Origin: a virus
Taxonomy: Duplodnaviria > Caudoviricetes
Reading direction: 5' to 3' (one strand)
Virus record (IMG/VR): IMGVR_UViG_2799112320_000004
Coordinates: 16,908-80,907 of that record
Length of the DNA stretch: 64,000 nucleotides
Both the position numbers and the translations under genes were made by a program. Under the pieces are notes generated by a model, which ran no database searches, was not told the DNA's origin, and worked only from the letters and a program-made list of their open reading frames with translations. Shown here one piece after another: positions 8,501 through 19,500 of this stretch. Position 1 is the first letter of the stretch, and every line of letters begins with the position of its first letter.

Positions 8501-10153
8501 ATGGCGTTCGGATCCGGCGCCTACATCCACAAGTCCGTGTCGATGAACTACGTCGCGCGTGGCGGCTACCTCGGCACCGTAGCACAAGGTGCTTACGGCG
8601 ACTGGCTCCTCCTTCCGATGAGATCGACCACGCTCCCGAACGGAGACGCGCTGTACATGCGCCTTGTCGGCCCGGGACACAACACCGAATACATGAACGC
8701 GCATCCGCGCTACGTAGATTTCGACATTTCGTCCGGAATCTCTTCTGCCGATTCATTCTCCTGCATCGACTCCGTGACCATGAAGTTCGACGGCAGCCAG
8801 TATTTCGCGTGGTCCGGGAACCGCCAGACGGGCGTCGTGCGCGCCTTGAAGTTCTTCTCCTCGTCGTCCGGCGGGGTAGACGGCGGGAACATGCAGGACG
8901 ACTACATCAACCCAGACATGACGGTCACGCCGCCAGTCATCGACGACCCACACTTCGCCGCCGCCGGCGAATATCCAGGTTGCGTGGGCATCTACGAACA
9001 ACGGCTCGTCTTCGCTTCCACGCGCGGCGCGCCGTCCACAATCTGGATGAGCCGCATCGCCGACCTCTACAACTTCACGGCCCACGAGTCGATCCGGGAG
9101 GACGACGCGCTCGAGCTTACCCTGGCCGCGACGGAGTTCCCGAACATCAACCACCTCGTCATGGGCCGCGACCTGATGCTGTTCGGCGACGGCGGCGAAT
9201 GGTTGATCGCGCCCGTCTCGGGGAACGCCCTCACCTACAAGACCGCATCCGCGAAGCTCCAGAGCATGGTCGGCTCCGACCGCACCCTCCAGCCGCTCCA
9301 GCTCGCGGACGAGACGCTGTTCGCGGAGCGCGGCGGCACGTGCCTACGCTCGATCAACTACAACTACACCTCCGACAGCTACCAGTCGGAAGACCTCTCC
9401 GTGATCGCGCAGTCGATCTTCCGCGCGAACCCGATCGTCTCGATGGCCTACAAGCAGCATCCGGACTCCATCGTCGAGTGCGTGCTCGCGGACGGGCGCG
9501 TCGCGACGCTAGTCTACATGAAGGAGCAGGAAGTCGCCGCCTGGAGCGTGCAGGAGCTCGGCGGCGGGTGGAAGGCCAAGGAGATCGTCACGCCCAAGTG
9601 CATCATCGACGGCACCACCGAGATGATGATGCTCGTCGAGAAGGACGGCGTGTACCAGCTCTGGAAGGTCCGAAACGACTCCGACGCGCCGACGGCCGCG
9701 AACCAGGTGATACTGGACGGCATGCACATCGAGACGTCATCCGAGCCGACCGGGACGGAAGAAGTCGGCGTCGCGCTCGGTGACGGAACCTACGCGGTCG
9801 GCTGGCCAATCGTGTCCGAGATGGTCACGGTCCGGCCAGAACCAGAACGTGCCCAGACCATGCAGATGGAGATCAAGAACGCGACCGAATCGGAGATCCG
9901 AGTCATCGGCGCCAGCACGTTCAAGGTCAAGCCATACGCGATCGACACGGGCTGGCGCGACGTCTCGCTGCCGGTCGTCCGCGACGGATCCGCCGTGACG
10001 CTCGCGGAGAAGGACTGCAAGAAGCTCATGACCGGCACGAACAACCGCGACGGGCGCATCCACGTCCGCCACGCCGAGCCGTGGCCGCTCACGATCCTCT
10101 CCATCAGCAACACCTACCAGGTCGAGTACGAGAACGGAGGAAAGGAGCAGTGA
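5501..10153 (+). CDS. Tail tubular protein B / nozzle (T7 gp12-like) with large insertions
   Basis: N-terminal F.AGQL...GR.D..KY..GA..LKNF.V..QG...KRRGT; C-terminal YPGCVGIYEQRLVFA and PWPLTILSI. Confidence 0.85.
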   Translation: MPLWKNTQHAFIAGQLDTHVMGRQDMDKYSHGATLLKNFLVKRQGCISKRRGTDLTADLSGLLGTTYDGTPISPDKMRLVPVTNGDDGRYVILSGGIGFVADRRGVMLDKGEFARSIGPYVAVDADGKAIVSARSDSRASNETPVDVIHAISAGNYSVARYGNTYDSNGYMTANALQNAIAAAQEGDTIRLHGDLLLEQKRTGENTLAQNIVTVDKSLTIDLYGYKVTVYGRYAHIAVTSPDIDLTITSTRPCARFVTLSDANSYWLKFTPYTSGNTKSGTLTLDGDISWQMMGGGSNFGGIYADHAAHVVVNSGRFEFDDVKGGYVFALKNGGDVTINGGTFRIGNSTVTEDDTKYIFWCASAGAVTVNGGTFVNENTNSGSSSIFYAATVAIFGGRFSAQSAAQYSSSGTLRVFRGEFAHNNINGTALDATGYYLGSRQPAATTIAFDGTDVTATASAWTLSDSGNLTISWLSTQHVWRLLGTMAGGGNVNETTSGNPADTEVVFPEHGVTATRSWTISGDGSWALTFDIATTYWRLVGAEPNDTQPNGAGYYGVRMIGENDYAYAHTTGSIPYRIAIPYADADLADLCIRQSGDTLFIAHRDYPPAKVSFDADGRATYEELRFDNTSLLPPVVDSAEMAGQDPVETEWPDEFPRLKEQSDSNVDCVNVGSDGTDEYWYTAGCPSWLTENQKKELVAFRKACAALGTVTDAGHSANVADGNDGSCSYACSYTCTSVSVDRAMGVKTTTVSVKSFTKSVTKEETTEFTDGLATGTCQRTITTDGSAENSASASSVLVSRTVRYVATYVKDGMESRPSVPVAVDYFMPWANNAVVNIVVSKGDNDDEPEYYNVYKDNGNGYGLIGSVGVEASSGAFSATVDEYATNIPDNSADTLSAPCLMDYLDGRGVGLETVMRKICSGSNATFSTSPAGDACLICPPSRQSEGMTIKFSKGTRFKRMRVYLDGRIYDKVTGTAYLVPSAPEIKLYVTYRKADGTSAPMAFGSGAYIHKSVSMNYVARGGYLGTVAQGAYGDWLLLPMRSTTLPNGDALYMRLVGPGHNTEYMNAHPRYVDFDISSGISSADSFSCIDSVTMKFDGSQYFAWSGNRQTGVVRALKFFSSSSGGVDGGNMQDDYINPDMTVTPPVIDDPHFAAAGEYPGCVGIYEQRLVFASTRGAPSTIWMSRIADLYNFTAHESIREDDALELTLAATEFPNINHLVMGRDLMLFGDGGEWLIAPVSGNALTYKTASAKLQSMVGSDRTLQPLQLADETLFAERGGTCLRSINYNYTSDSYQSEDLSVIAQSIFRANPIVSMAYKQHPDSIVECVLADGRVATLVYMKEQEVAAWSVQELGGGWKAKEIVTPKCIIDGTTEMMMLVEKDGVYQLWKVRNDSDAPTAANQVILDGMHIETSSEPTGTEEVGVALGDGTYAVGWPIVSEMVTVRPEPERAQTMQMEIKNATESEIRVIGASTFKVKPYAIDTGWRDVSLPVVRDGSAVTLAEKDCKKLMTGTNNRDGRIHVRHAEPWPLTILSISNTYQVEYENGGKEQ

Positions 10154-10668
10154 AGCCGTCCGTGACATTCCCGGGAGGGTTCAACCTGGCACCGTCCACG
10201 CAGGAGGAGATCGACTACGTGGAGGCGAACTACCGCACGGGCGAACGCCGCGAGTGCGAGATCGAGAAGGCGACGCGCACGCTCGTCACGGACTTCGAGC
10301 AGTGCTGGACGGTCCGCGCCGATAACGGCGACATCGTGGGCTTCTTCGGCGTGCTCGTGATGCCGAACGAGTCGTTCATGAGCCGGACGCGCGGGTTCTG
10401 CTTCATGTCCTGCGAGAACGCGAACCGGCACAAGATCGCGTTCGTCAAGGCGTCGCGTCCGGCGTTCAAGTGGATGGTCGGCCAATGCCCGGAATGGGCC
10501 GACACGTTCCTCACCTGGCCGCTCGAGTCGTACGCCGCGAGCGTGCGCTGGCAGGAGAAGATTCTGAAGATGCGCCGCGTGGCGCGCGTACCCGCACCCG
10601 AGGACGGGGAACGGTACATCGTGATGGAACTCACAAGACAGGAGGTGGAATCATGGGCATGGAACTAG
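10150..10668 (+). CDS. gp13-like / GNAT-like tail assembly protein
   Basis: Position between nozzle and ejection genes; GTG overlaps the TGA; size and motifs fit T7 gp13-type proteins. Confidence 0.55.
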   Translation: MKPSVTFPGGFNLAPSTQEEIDYVEANYRTGERRECEIEKATRTLVTDFEQCWTVRADNGDIVGFFGVLVMPNESFMSRTRGFCFMSCENANRHKIAFVKASRPAFKWMVGQCPEWADTFLTWPLESYAASVRWQEKILKMRRVARVPAPEDGERYIVMELTRQEVESWAWN

Positions 10669-11441
10669 GGGTCGCCGGTCTCGTCATGACCGCGATCGGC
10701 GCCGGCTACAACGCCTGGGCCGCGAACCAGGCCGGCAAGGCGCAGGCGTCCGACATCAAGCGGCAGTCGCAGCTTCAGGCCGCGAACATCATGCGCGAGG
10801 CGAACGCCACGGCGGAGGCCCAGCGCGCGCAGGCCCGCCAGTTCGAGCGCACGAGCCTCATGGACATGATGGAGGCCGGGAACCAGAAGTTCCGCGCAGA
10901 CGAGGAGTTGCGCCAGGGCGAGATCGCACAGGAGAAGGCAAACATCGAGCAGCTCAAAGGCGAGCGCGAGGCCGCGCGCCGGTCGCGGATGCTCGCGCAG
11001 GAGATCGGCGAGCAGTACGCGCAGTTCGCCGGAAACGGCTTCGCCGTGGACGCCGGGCCGCAGGACACGTTCGGCGCGATCATCCGCTCGTCCGCGACGG
11101 AGGGACAGGCTGACATCAGTACCATCCTCGACAACGCCAGGATGAATCAGTGGACGTTCGAGGAGGAGAAACGCACCCAGCAGCGCAACGCCGCCAACTC
11201 GCTCCAGGGCGCGAACAATCTCGTCTTCAAGGCGCAGAGCGACCTGGCGAGCGGACAGGACGCGCGCCGGGCCGCCGCGCTCACCATGGCGAACGCGCAG
11301 TCCGCAGCCGCTGACACGATCGCTTACGGCAGGGCCGCCGCGCGCGCGGCCCGCAAATCCGGACGGCGCGCCGCCTGGGGCGCCGGGCTCGGTGGTGCTG
11401 CGCAGACCGCCTGGGGCGCATACTCACTGTGGGGTAAATAA
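10653..11441 (+). CDS. Internal virion (ejection) protein, gp14-like
   Basis: GGAGG RBS; Gly/Ala-rich hydrophobic ends flanking an Ala/Gln coiled coil; position. Confidence 0.65.
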   Translation: MGMELGVAGLVMTAIGAGYNAWAANQAGKAQASDIKRQSQLQAANIMREANATAEAQRAQARQFERTSLMDMMEAGNQKFRADEELRQGEIAQEKANIEQLKGEREAARRSRMLAQEIGEQYAQFAGNGFAVDAGPQDTFGAIIRSSATEGQADISTILDNARMNQWTFEEEKRTQQRNAANSLQGANNLVFKAQSDLASGQDARRAAALTMANAQSAAADTIAYGRAAARAARKSGRRAAWGAGLGGAAQTAWGAYSLWGK

Positions 11442-11443
11442 CA

Positions 11444-13594
11444 ATGGGCGTCATCAACATCACGCAGCGGAGCGAACGGCTCGGCAACCTCGGCGGCACG
11501 TCCGCCGCGCACGGCGTCACCTCCACCGACATCGGCACGGTGCACCACACCTCGGCGCGCACGTTCGCGCCGACCTACTACTCCCGCAACTACCAGGAGG
11601 GCAACCGCGCCATCGGACGCGGCCTCGGCGCCGTCGGCGACACCATGCTCCGCATCGGCCTCGCCATCCAGCAGCGCGAGGAGGACCGCCAGGTCGACGA
11701 GTACACCAGCGCCATGATGCGCACAATGGAAACCGAGAGCCGAGACGAGCGCGACGTCACCGACTGGAACACGCCGCAGCGCCAACACCTCAAAGGCCAG
11801 AAGCGCGGCTACTATCTCCGCACCGGTAAGGGCACGATGAACGTCGCGCAAGAGTGGGACGACTGCTTCGGCGAACGGTTCAACCAGATCGGCGTCTCGA
11901 TCGGCGCGAACGAGCGTGTACGCGAACGGACGATGAAGAACCTCGCCGGCTACAGGCGTAGTTGCATCAGCCGCCTCATGGACCAACAGGCTTCCGAATA
12001 TCGTCGCCTGGAGCTGGGCAACGCAACGGGAACACTCCAGACGCAGATGGATCTCTTTGACAGCGGAAACGACGCCGCCATTCCCGAAATCTTCAAGCAA
12101 TATGACCGCGTGTCGCAGCTGCAACGCCTCACGCCCGAGCAGGCGAAGGCCGGCAAGGAAGAGCTCGCGCTCAAGCTCACCGCGTCCGTCGTGGGACGGC
12201 GGGTCACCGGCTGCCAGACGGCCGAAGGCTTCGACCTCGTGGAGGCCGACATCAAGGCCGGCATGAAAGGAAAACTTCCCGACGAGATCGCCGCCAACCT
12301 CCCCGGCGGCAAGCGCACCATCGGCGGCAAGATGAAAGACGCCCTTCTCACAGACGTCCGCCGCGCGCGGCAGTCGTTCGACATCCAGCGCGACCGCGAG
12401 GAACGCGAGCAGCTGTCCGAACTCGTCGCGTTTTCCGACAACGCCCTCGCGCATGGCGACATCAAGAGTCTCGAGGACGCGTATACGGACATGGACGCGC
12501 GCGCGAAGGAGGCGCCCAAGGGTTCGCGCATGGAGACCGTCGCGCTCCAGCAGGCAAAGCGTCTCGACATGGCTGCCGACGCCGAGGCACGTCGCCTCAC
12601 CTGGGACCACATCATCGCCCACGCCGGCGAGAAGGACGCGCAGGAGCCGGCAGACAACACGCGCATGGCGAAGTTCTACGGGCCGCTGAAAGAAGCGTAC
12701 GACCGGCAGGCGCAGGCGTACCTGGCAGAGGGCGCGCTCATGGCCGACGCGGCCGAGAAGGAGATGTTCAAGGCGAACGAGGCGCAGATCAGGGCTAAGA
12801 TGATGGAGATGGGCGCGGCGTCGCCCGGACTTGTCGCCGGTCAACTCGCGGAAGTCGCCGCGAACGGCCACATCACCCTCGACCAGTACAACCGGCTGCG
12901 CAAGGAGTACGAGAACATCTGGTCGCAGAAGGGAATGCCCGACAAGGCCGCAGAGCTCGTGCGTATCCTGAAACAGGAATTCTTCTTCGGCAGCGACGAC
13001 TACGATCCGCAGGCGACCATGGGCGTCAGCTCGAAGACCGGCAAGTTCGAGTACCTCGTCGATCCCGAAACGAGGAAGCCTTACCCCGGCCAGGACGCGG
13101 AATGGGAGTTCGAGGAGCGCGTGCCCGGAGAGGCACCGAGCCCGTGGCTGGCGGCCTTCGCGCCAGGCACGGCCTACGCCACTTCAAAGAATCGTTCCGT
13201 CTGGCGCAGCCGCACGCTCACGAGCGACGAGCAGCTGAAACTTCTCGACTGGGGACTGGAACTTGCGAAACACGACGGCGAAATGCTGTCCGTCCACCCG
13301 CTCACCAACGAGATCCTGGACAAGCCGTTCAAGCTGGACGCGGCCGCCGTCTTCCGCGACGCCTGCGCACAGCTGAGCGCAGCCAAGGACGCGGAAGCCG
13401 CGCAGGAACTTGTCGTACAGCGCGCAGACGCCATGTTGAGCATCAACTTCGGCGCGGCAAAGCGCGAGGGCCTGCTCGTCGACACCACGACATCCATCCA
13501 GAAAAAGCGAGCCGAAGAGAAGAGCGGCCTGAAGCAGATGAAACGCAGACCATTTACGCCGAAGATGCCGAACGTTGAACCGACGGAGGAGTGA
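11444..13594 (+). CDS. Internal virion (ejection) protein, gp15-like
   Basis: 716-aa helical protein between a gp14-like gene and the giant gene. Confidence 0.6.
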   Translation: MGVINITQRSERLGNLGGTSAAHGVTSTDIGTVHHTSARTFAPTYYSRNYQEGNRAIGRGLGAVGDTMLRIGLAIQQREEDRQVDEYTSAMMRTMETESRDERDVTDWNTPQRQHLKGQKRGYYLRTGKGTMNVAQEWDDCFGERFNQIGVSIGANERVRERTMKNLAGYRRSCISRLMDQQASEYRRLELGNATGTLQTQMDLFDSGNDAAIPEIFKQYDRVSQLQRLTPEQAKAGKEELALKLTASVVGRRVTGCQTAEGFDLVEADIKAGMKGKLPDEIAANLPGGKRTIGGKMKDALLTDVRRARQSFDIQRDREEREQLSELVAFSDNALAHGDIKSLEDAYTDMDARAKEAPKGSRMETVALQQAKRLDMAADAEARRLTWDHIIAHAGEKDAQEPADNTRMAKFYGPLKEAYDRQAQAYLAEGALMADAAEKEMFKANEAQIRAKMMEMGAASPGLVAGQLAEVAANGHITLDQYNRLRKEYENIWSQKGMPDKAAELVRILKQEFFFGSDDYDPQATMGVSSKTGKFEYLVDPETRKPYPGQDAEWEFEERVPGEAPSPWLAAFAPGTAYATSKNRSVWRSRTLTSDEQLKLLDWGLELAKHDGEMLSVHPLTNEILDKPFKLDAAAVFRDACAQLSAAKDAEAAQELVVQRADAMLSINFGAAKREGLLVDTTTSIQKKRAEEKSGLKQMKRRPFTPKMPNVEPTEE

Positions 13595-16500
13595 CGATGC
13601 CGAGACCGAATACCCCAACCCGATGGGACGCCATTCCCGCATTGACGGAAGAGGAGCGCGTCGCGTCGGCGCTCAGCGTCAGCCCGGCCACGGCCACCGA
13701 CGAGGAGAGCCGCGCGGCCGCGCAGACCCTTTCCAGGCAGGTGCTGATCGCGCACCAGATCGCGCAGATGCCGGATGAATCCTTCAAGACCGAGGCGGAG
13801 AAATACGCCGCAGCGTCCAAAATCGTCGAGACCATGACCGGCGCGAAGGACCTCGACGGCCGCCTCTGGAATGGGGGCAAGCCGTTCAAGACCGGCAAAG
13901 AATACCTGATGAGCGTCCGCGACGTGCTGACCCGTGGCATGACGGCGGCGGCCGATCCCGACCTCCAGGCGTGGCTGGCCATGTCGGACGAGGAGAAGGA
14001 CGCGAAACTCGAGCGCGAGCAGGGCTTCCTCTCGTCCTTAGCCGAGGGCGTGGGCGACGCGACGTCGCAAGTCGCCGCGCATTACGGCATCAACACTGAG
14101 CTCTCGGAGAGCGAATATGAAGCGGCTCCGGAGGACGTGCGCAACGCGAGCTTCATGCTGTCGCGCGACGACACGCCGCAGGCCGAGCGGGACAAGTACG
14201 GCGCGACGATCCGCGAGTGGCGCACGGGAGAATGGCGGAAACTCCAGCGCCGCAGCGAGTACGAGGCGAAGCTGCGCCGCAAGAACGCGCTCCTCTACCT
14301 TCCGGACATGATCAAGTCGCTGAAGACCGATGAGGCCAAGACGCTCGCGGGCGAACTTGCACAGGACCCTTCCGCGATTCCGGACAACTGGGAGGCACGC
14401 CTGAGGCGCCTGCCCACGCACGACATCGAGACGCTGGCGCAGATTCGCGGCATGACGCGCGAGCAGACCGAGGGCGGCTTCTTCAACTGGCTCGGCGACA
14501 TGGGCATCGGCGTATACAACGCCGCGCGCGGACTCGTCAACGGGCCGTACCAACAGCTCGAGAAGTACGGCGCGATGGCCATGGGGTTCGACGAAAACCT
14601 CATCAACGAGACGATCCGCCGCAAGCACGCGCTCTGGAGCGCGTACGCGGGCTGGAGCTCGCCCGTCGCGCCGCTCTCCGACCAGCACGGGGCCGTCGCG
14701 AACTTCACGATCGGCCTCGCGTCCGCCGTTCCGTTCATCGCCTCGATGAAGCTGAAGGCGCTCGGCTACGTCGCGTGCGCGGGCGAGATGATGTCAGAGG
14801 CCGACGCCCAGGCCGCCGCAGCCGGCGTCGACACGACGAGCTTAGAGTACAACGCGATCAACCTCGTCGCAGGCGGCACCTACGCCTACATGCTGAAGGC
14901 CGTGAGCCCGAAGTTCTTCGGCGCGTCCGCGAACGGCGCGGCCGAGGAGATGGCCCTGCGCACCGCGTTCATGAAGGGCGTGCTGAGCGGCGTCGCGAAG
15001 CTCGACACCGTCAAGATCGCGTCCCAGCGCACGGCCGCCGGCTCGCTGATGATGGCCATGCAGCAGTCGATCGCAGCCGTGAACAACGACCTGCACCTCG
15101 GCGGAGACGCCTGGAACGACGCCGCGAAGAGTTTCACGGAGACGTTCGTCTCGTCCATCCCGGACATGCTCGCATTCACGGGATACGGGATCCTCGAAGG
15201 CCACGCCCGCGCGTCCGGCGGGTTGCCGAAGATGTTCACGGCCGAGGGACGCGCCAACCGCTCGCAGAACCTCCGCGAGGCCGTGGAGAACGCCTTCGCC
15301 GTCAGGACGGCGATCGTCGGGAATGAGCAGATAGACAATCTGCGTAAGGCAACCATTTTGAATCAACTCTCCGCCATGAGCCGTGCATGGACAGAGGGGG
15401 GCGAAGCTGGACTGAGAGGCCTTGGCCTGAAGCCTGCGGAGATAACCGAGGCGAAGGATTACTTCGAAGCTGAATGCAAGCAGCTTGGCGCGGCAGAGAA
15501 GCTGGGGGAACTTGACTCCATCCTCGACGAGCAGGGGGCGAGGGGAGAATTCGATCCGTACGTGTTCGCGGAGCGAAACGAGGCCGCAAGACGCTACGAT
15601 GAACTGGCGCGCGACTACTCTGTCAAAACAGACCGCCTGCACAAGAGGATCATCGAGAAGATGCTCGATGAGAAAGGCACGCTGCGCGACATCGCGTCCG
15701 TGCGCAACGTCTGGGCGCAAGGCCACGCCGTCGGTGCGGGAATGGCCGACGGCACCGACGCCGGCGCCGCCGCGCTCGTCAAGGCCGGCTTTACACCGGA
15801 AGACGCCGCGATTCTCTCCCGCGAGTTCGGCGCGGAGCGCAGGAACATGTACTCGCCCGCCGCGACCGAGGCATTGCGCGAGATGTACACGCGCTCCACG
15901 CGCGGGATGGTGGAGGCGCACGCCGCGCTCGCGAGCGCGTTCAAGGGCAAGGTGCGCACCGAGAACGGGCGCGTGCTGATCGACCTCCCGATGCCGGACG
16001 GCGGCACGGGCACGCTCGCCGTCGAGACGGAAGATCTGTCGCAGAGATTCTACGGCGCGGCGGGAAAAGACCCGGAGCTGGCGCGCCAGATCGAAAGCAT
16101 TGTCACGCGCCTCGGCGGCCATGTGACAGCTGACGCCTGGATCAACATGACGGACGCCGAGCGGCGCCGGATCGTAAAGGAATTCCATCTTCAGGACGAA
16201 GGCTACTTCATGCTGACGGATCCGGCCGACCCGTCGCTGCATGTCGATTCCGGCGACGCCGACGCCGTGATGGGCGTGATCCGTCTCGACCCGACCGCAG
16301 ACCCCGGTGTAGGCTTCCACGAGTCGATGCACGGTTTCCTGCGTTTCTGCCAGGAGACGGGCTTCTTCGACGAGGCCGACGTCAAATGGCTCACGGACAC
16401 CTACGGCACGCCGCAGAACGCGAAGGAGCAGTTGAACGAGGAGAGCGCGGCCGACGGCTTCCGCCAGTACCTCGCGAAGCGCATGGCGGGCTCGTTCGCC

Positions 16501-19500
16501 GAGGAGCCTGGCCCGTTCCGCAAGCTGTTCGGCCTCATCAGCCGCATCCGCCACCTGCGCGACAGCCGTGCGGCGACGGAACGCCTCGCCGCGAACGCCG
16601 AGGAGGCGCTGTACGACGCGTTCCTCGCGGGCAAGTACCAGCACGTTCGCGACCTCACTTTCGCCGAACCCGTCGCGCCCAAGGCCGAGACGGGCACCGG
16701 CACCGAAGCGCCGCAGACCGGCGCGCCGACGCCAGCGCCGACACCGGCGCCGACTCCGGCACCGGCACCCGCACCGACTCCAGCGCCGACGCCCGCACCG
16801 GCGCCCGCGCCCGCGCCGCGCGTCGTCTCGTTCGAGGCGCTGACGCCGACCGGCGGAAAGAAGGTCAAGGGACACTACGAGATCGTCCCGCTCGCGTCGC
16901 TGCTGCACTCCAACATGGCCGGCTACCCGATGGAGCTCCAGCAGCGCGACCGCAAGGGCAACAAGGGCGAGGAGCAGACGCGCGAGGAGCACATCGCAAA
17001 CTTCGAGCCGGGCTACCTGCTGGCGGATCCGAAGACAGACTCCGGCGCGATGGTCGTGGCACGGCGTCCTGGACCGGACGGCAAGCCGCAGCTCGTCGTC
17101 GTCTCGGGGAACGGGCGCACGATGGTCCTGGAGGAGATGGCCAAGCGCAACCTCTACGACCGCTACCGCAACCGCATGAAGGAATGGGCGAAGGAGAACG
17201 GCGTCGAGAACACCGTCGCGGACGCAGACAATCCCGTCCTCGTGCGCGTGGTGGACGAGCTCGGCGGCGCCACGCTGAAGGAGCTGGCCGACCTCTCGAA
17301 CACAAACGCGATCCAGCAGATGAACGAGGAAGAGCAGGCCCGCGCCGACGCCGACCTCGTGCGTTCGCTCGACCTCGCGAAGCTCTACAAGCCGAACATG
17401 GACGGCTCCGCGAACATGGCCGCCGGAGCGAGCGACGAGTTCTTCCGCGAATTCGTGCGCGCGACGGGCGACACCAGCCTGCTCAATTCCGACGGCACCT
17501 TCACCGAAGCCCTGCGCATGAGGGCGCGGCGCGCACTTCTCGCAATCGCATGCGGACAGGGCGAGCGCGGGCGCGACGTCGTGAAGAAGCTCGTCGAGGA
17601 CACCGATGCGCTCGGCATCGACCGCCAGAAGGACACGGCCGCCGCGATCGCGCCGCACGTCGCGGCCATCGAGACGCGTCCGGAATACGCCATCGGCCCG
17701 GACGTGAGCCGCGCGTTCGCGGACTACATCGAGTTCCGCGAGAACCGCGACACGGGCAAGAAATGGGGTACGCTCGATGAGTACCTGAAGCAGGGCGACA
17801 TGCTCGACCAGCGCAGCGAGATAGCCGAGGCGGTCATGCGGCTCCTGGACGATCCGAAGAGCGCGCCCGTGCTGGCCGAGACGGTGCGCCTCTACGTCGA
17901 AGCCGCCAAGGGCGAAACGGACGGCCTCTTCGGCGCTGCCCGGACACGCGCCGAGATATGGCGCGACGCCGCAAAGGCCGTTAACGTTGAAGCCGCAGAA
18001 AAGCGCTACTCGATCGCGGGCAAGGTGGCCGCCTCAAACATGGGCATCAAGGGCGCGGGCGACGCCGAGGCCATGGAGAAGGCCGGCAAGGATCGCGAGG
18101 AGATATGGCGCACGACCGGATGGTGGCGCGGCAAGGACGGCCGGTGGCGCTTTGAGCTGCCGTCCGTGAAGATGAAGAGCGAAAAGGAGATCGAGGCTGC
18201 GCTACGGGAGGGAATAAACGGCCTTCGCGGCGGAAGCAGCGAAACGACGCTTGAAAAAGTGCTGGACGCTCCGGCGCTGTTCGAGGCCTATCCGCGGCTT
18301 AAGAAAACAAAGATCGTATTCTCTCCGGAACACGACGACAAGACCGGCGGATGGTACGACGCCGGAAAGAACGAGATCGTCCTGCTCGATACGGGTATAA
18401 AGGATCTAAGGCATCGGCCGAAGCACGAACAGGACCTCTACGATACTTACCAGCAGGTAATAAACTCGGACGAGTTCCTTCAGAAGCGGTTCAGCAACAT
18501 GGATGCGTTCGGCATCAAACACGGAACGGCCGAGGAAGAGAGGGCGCTGGCGAAAGACTGGATCGCGAAATTTGACAAGAGCATTCAGGACGAAAACGCC
18601 GCAATAGTCAGAGATCTTGTAAAAGATCGTGGGCCGTACAGCGCATTCGGCAAGATCGTCCACGAGGTGCAACATTCCGTGCAATACATGGAGACATTCG
18701 CAAAGGGCGGAAACCCTGAATCGGCAGCCGAATTCGTCAAGAACATGAAGCGCAAGCAGCGAATATGGGCTTACAGACTCGAGGTCGAGGAGACCGCGAA
18801 AGAGCTTGGCACGACGAATCCCTACGAGATAGAAAGGGCAATCCTCGAGAAGCTGGGAGTGACGAGCCGTGAGCAAATAGCGGGGCTTGAAGCAGATGGA
18901 TGGATCCCCGACAGGGAGGGAAGAGACAAGGGATATAATCTGTTTGCCAGGGGATACGACAAGGAAGGCTACGAAGAAGCCTACAACGAATACCTGGGCG
19001 AAATGAGGAAGACCGGCAGGGCCGGATGGTGGGAAGGCTCTCCACGAGAGCTTTACAACCGTCTTGCCGGCGAGGTTGAGGCGCGGAACGCATCGCGCCG
19101 CGAAGCCATGTCGCCGGAGGAGCGCGCGGCCACGCCGCCCTGGGAAACCGAGGACGTGCCAGCCGACCGCCAGATCGTCAGGTACTCCGTGACGGCGCAG
19201 AGAGTCACGCCCGAAGAGGACGCCGCGTATGCGGACGCCGTGAAGCGCGGCGACATGGAGACCGTGCGGCGCATGGAGCGCGAAGTTTACGAGCGCATGG
19301 GCTACTCGGACGACTCCAGCTACCAGGGAACGAGCGCGTTCAACGGCGCGGCTCCAAGCAGCAACGCCTACTTCGAGACCAAGGCGGAGCGCATCGAAGC
19401 GGCGAAGAACGGCGAGATGGAGGACACTACGACGCTCGGCGACTTCCGCGACGGCATCGACGTCAACAATCTTCAGTTTATCGTGTTTGATCCACGTTCG

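Noticed and set aside
14842-17658. 938-aa minus-strand ORF and similar long antisense or alternative-frame ORFs (21217-23205, 26546-28099, 27423-29075, 50344-52362, 52430-54427, 55096-57336)
   Set aside because: They shadow well-supported genes, are Arg/Ala/Gly-rich without motifs or RBS, and are expected at this GC content
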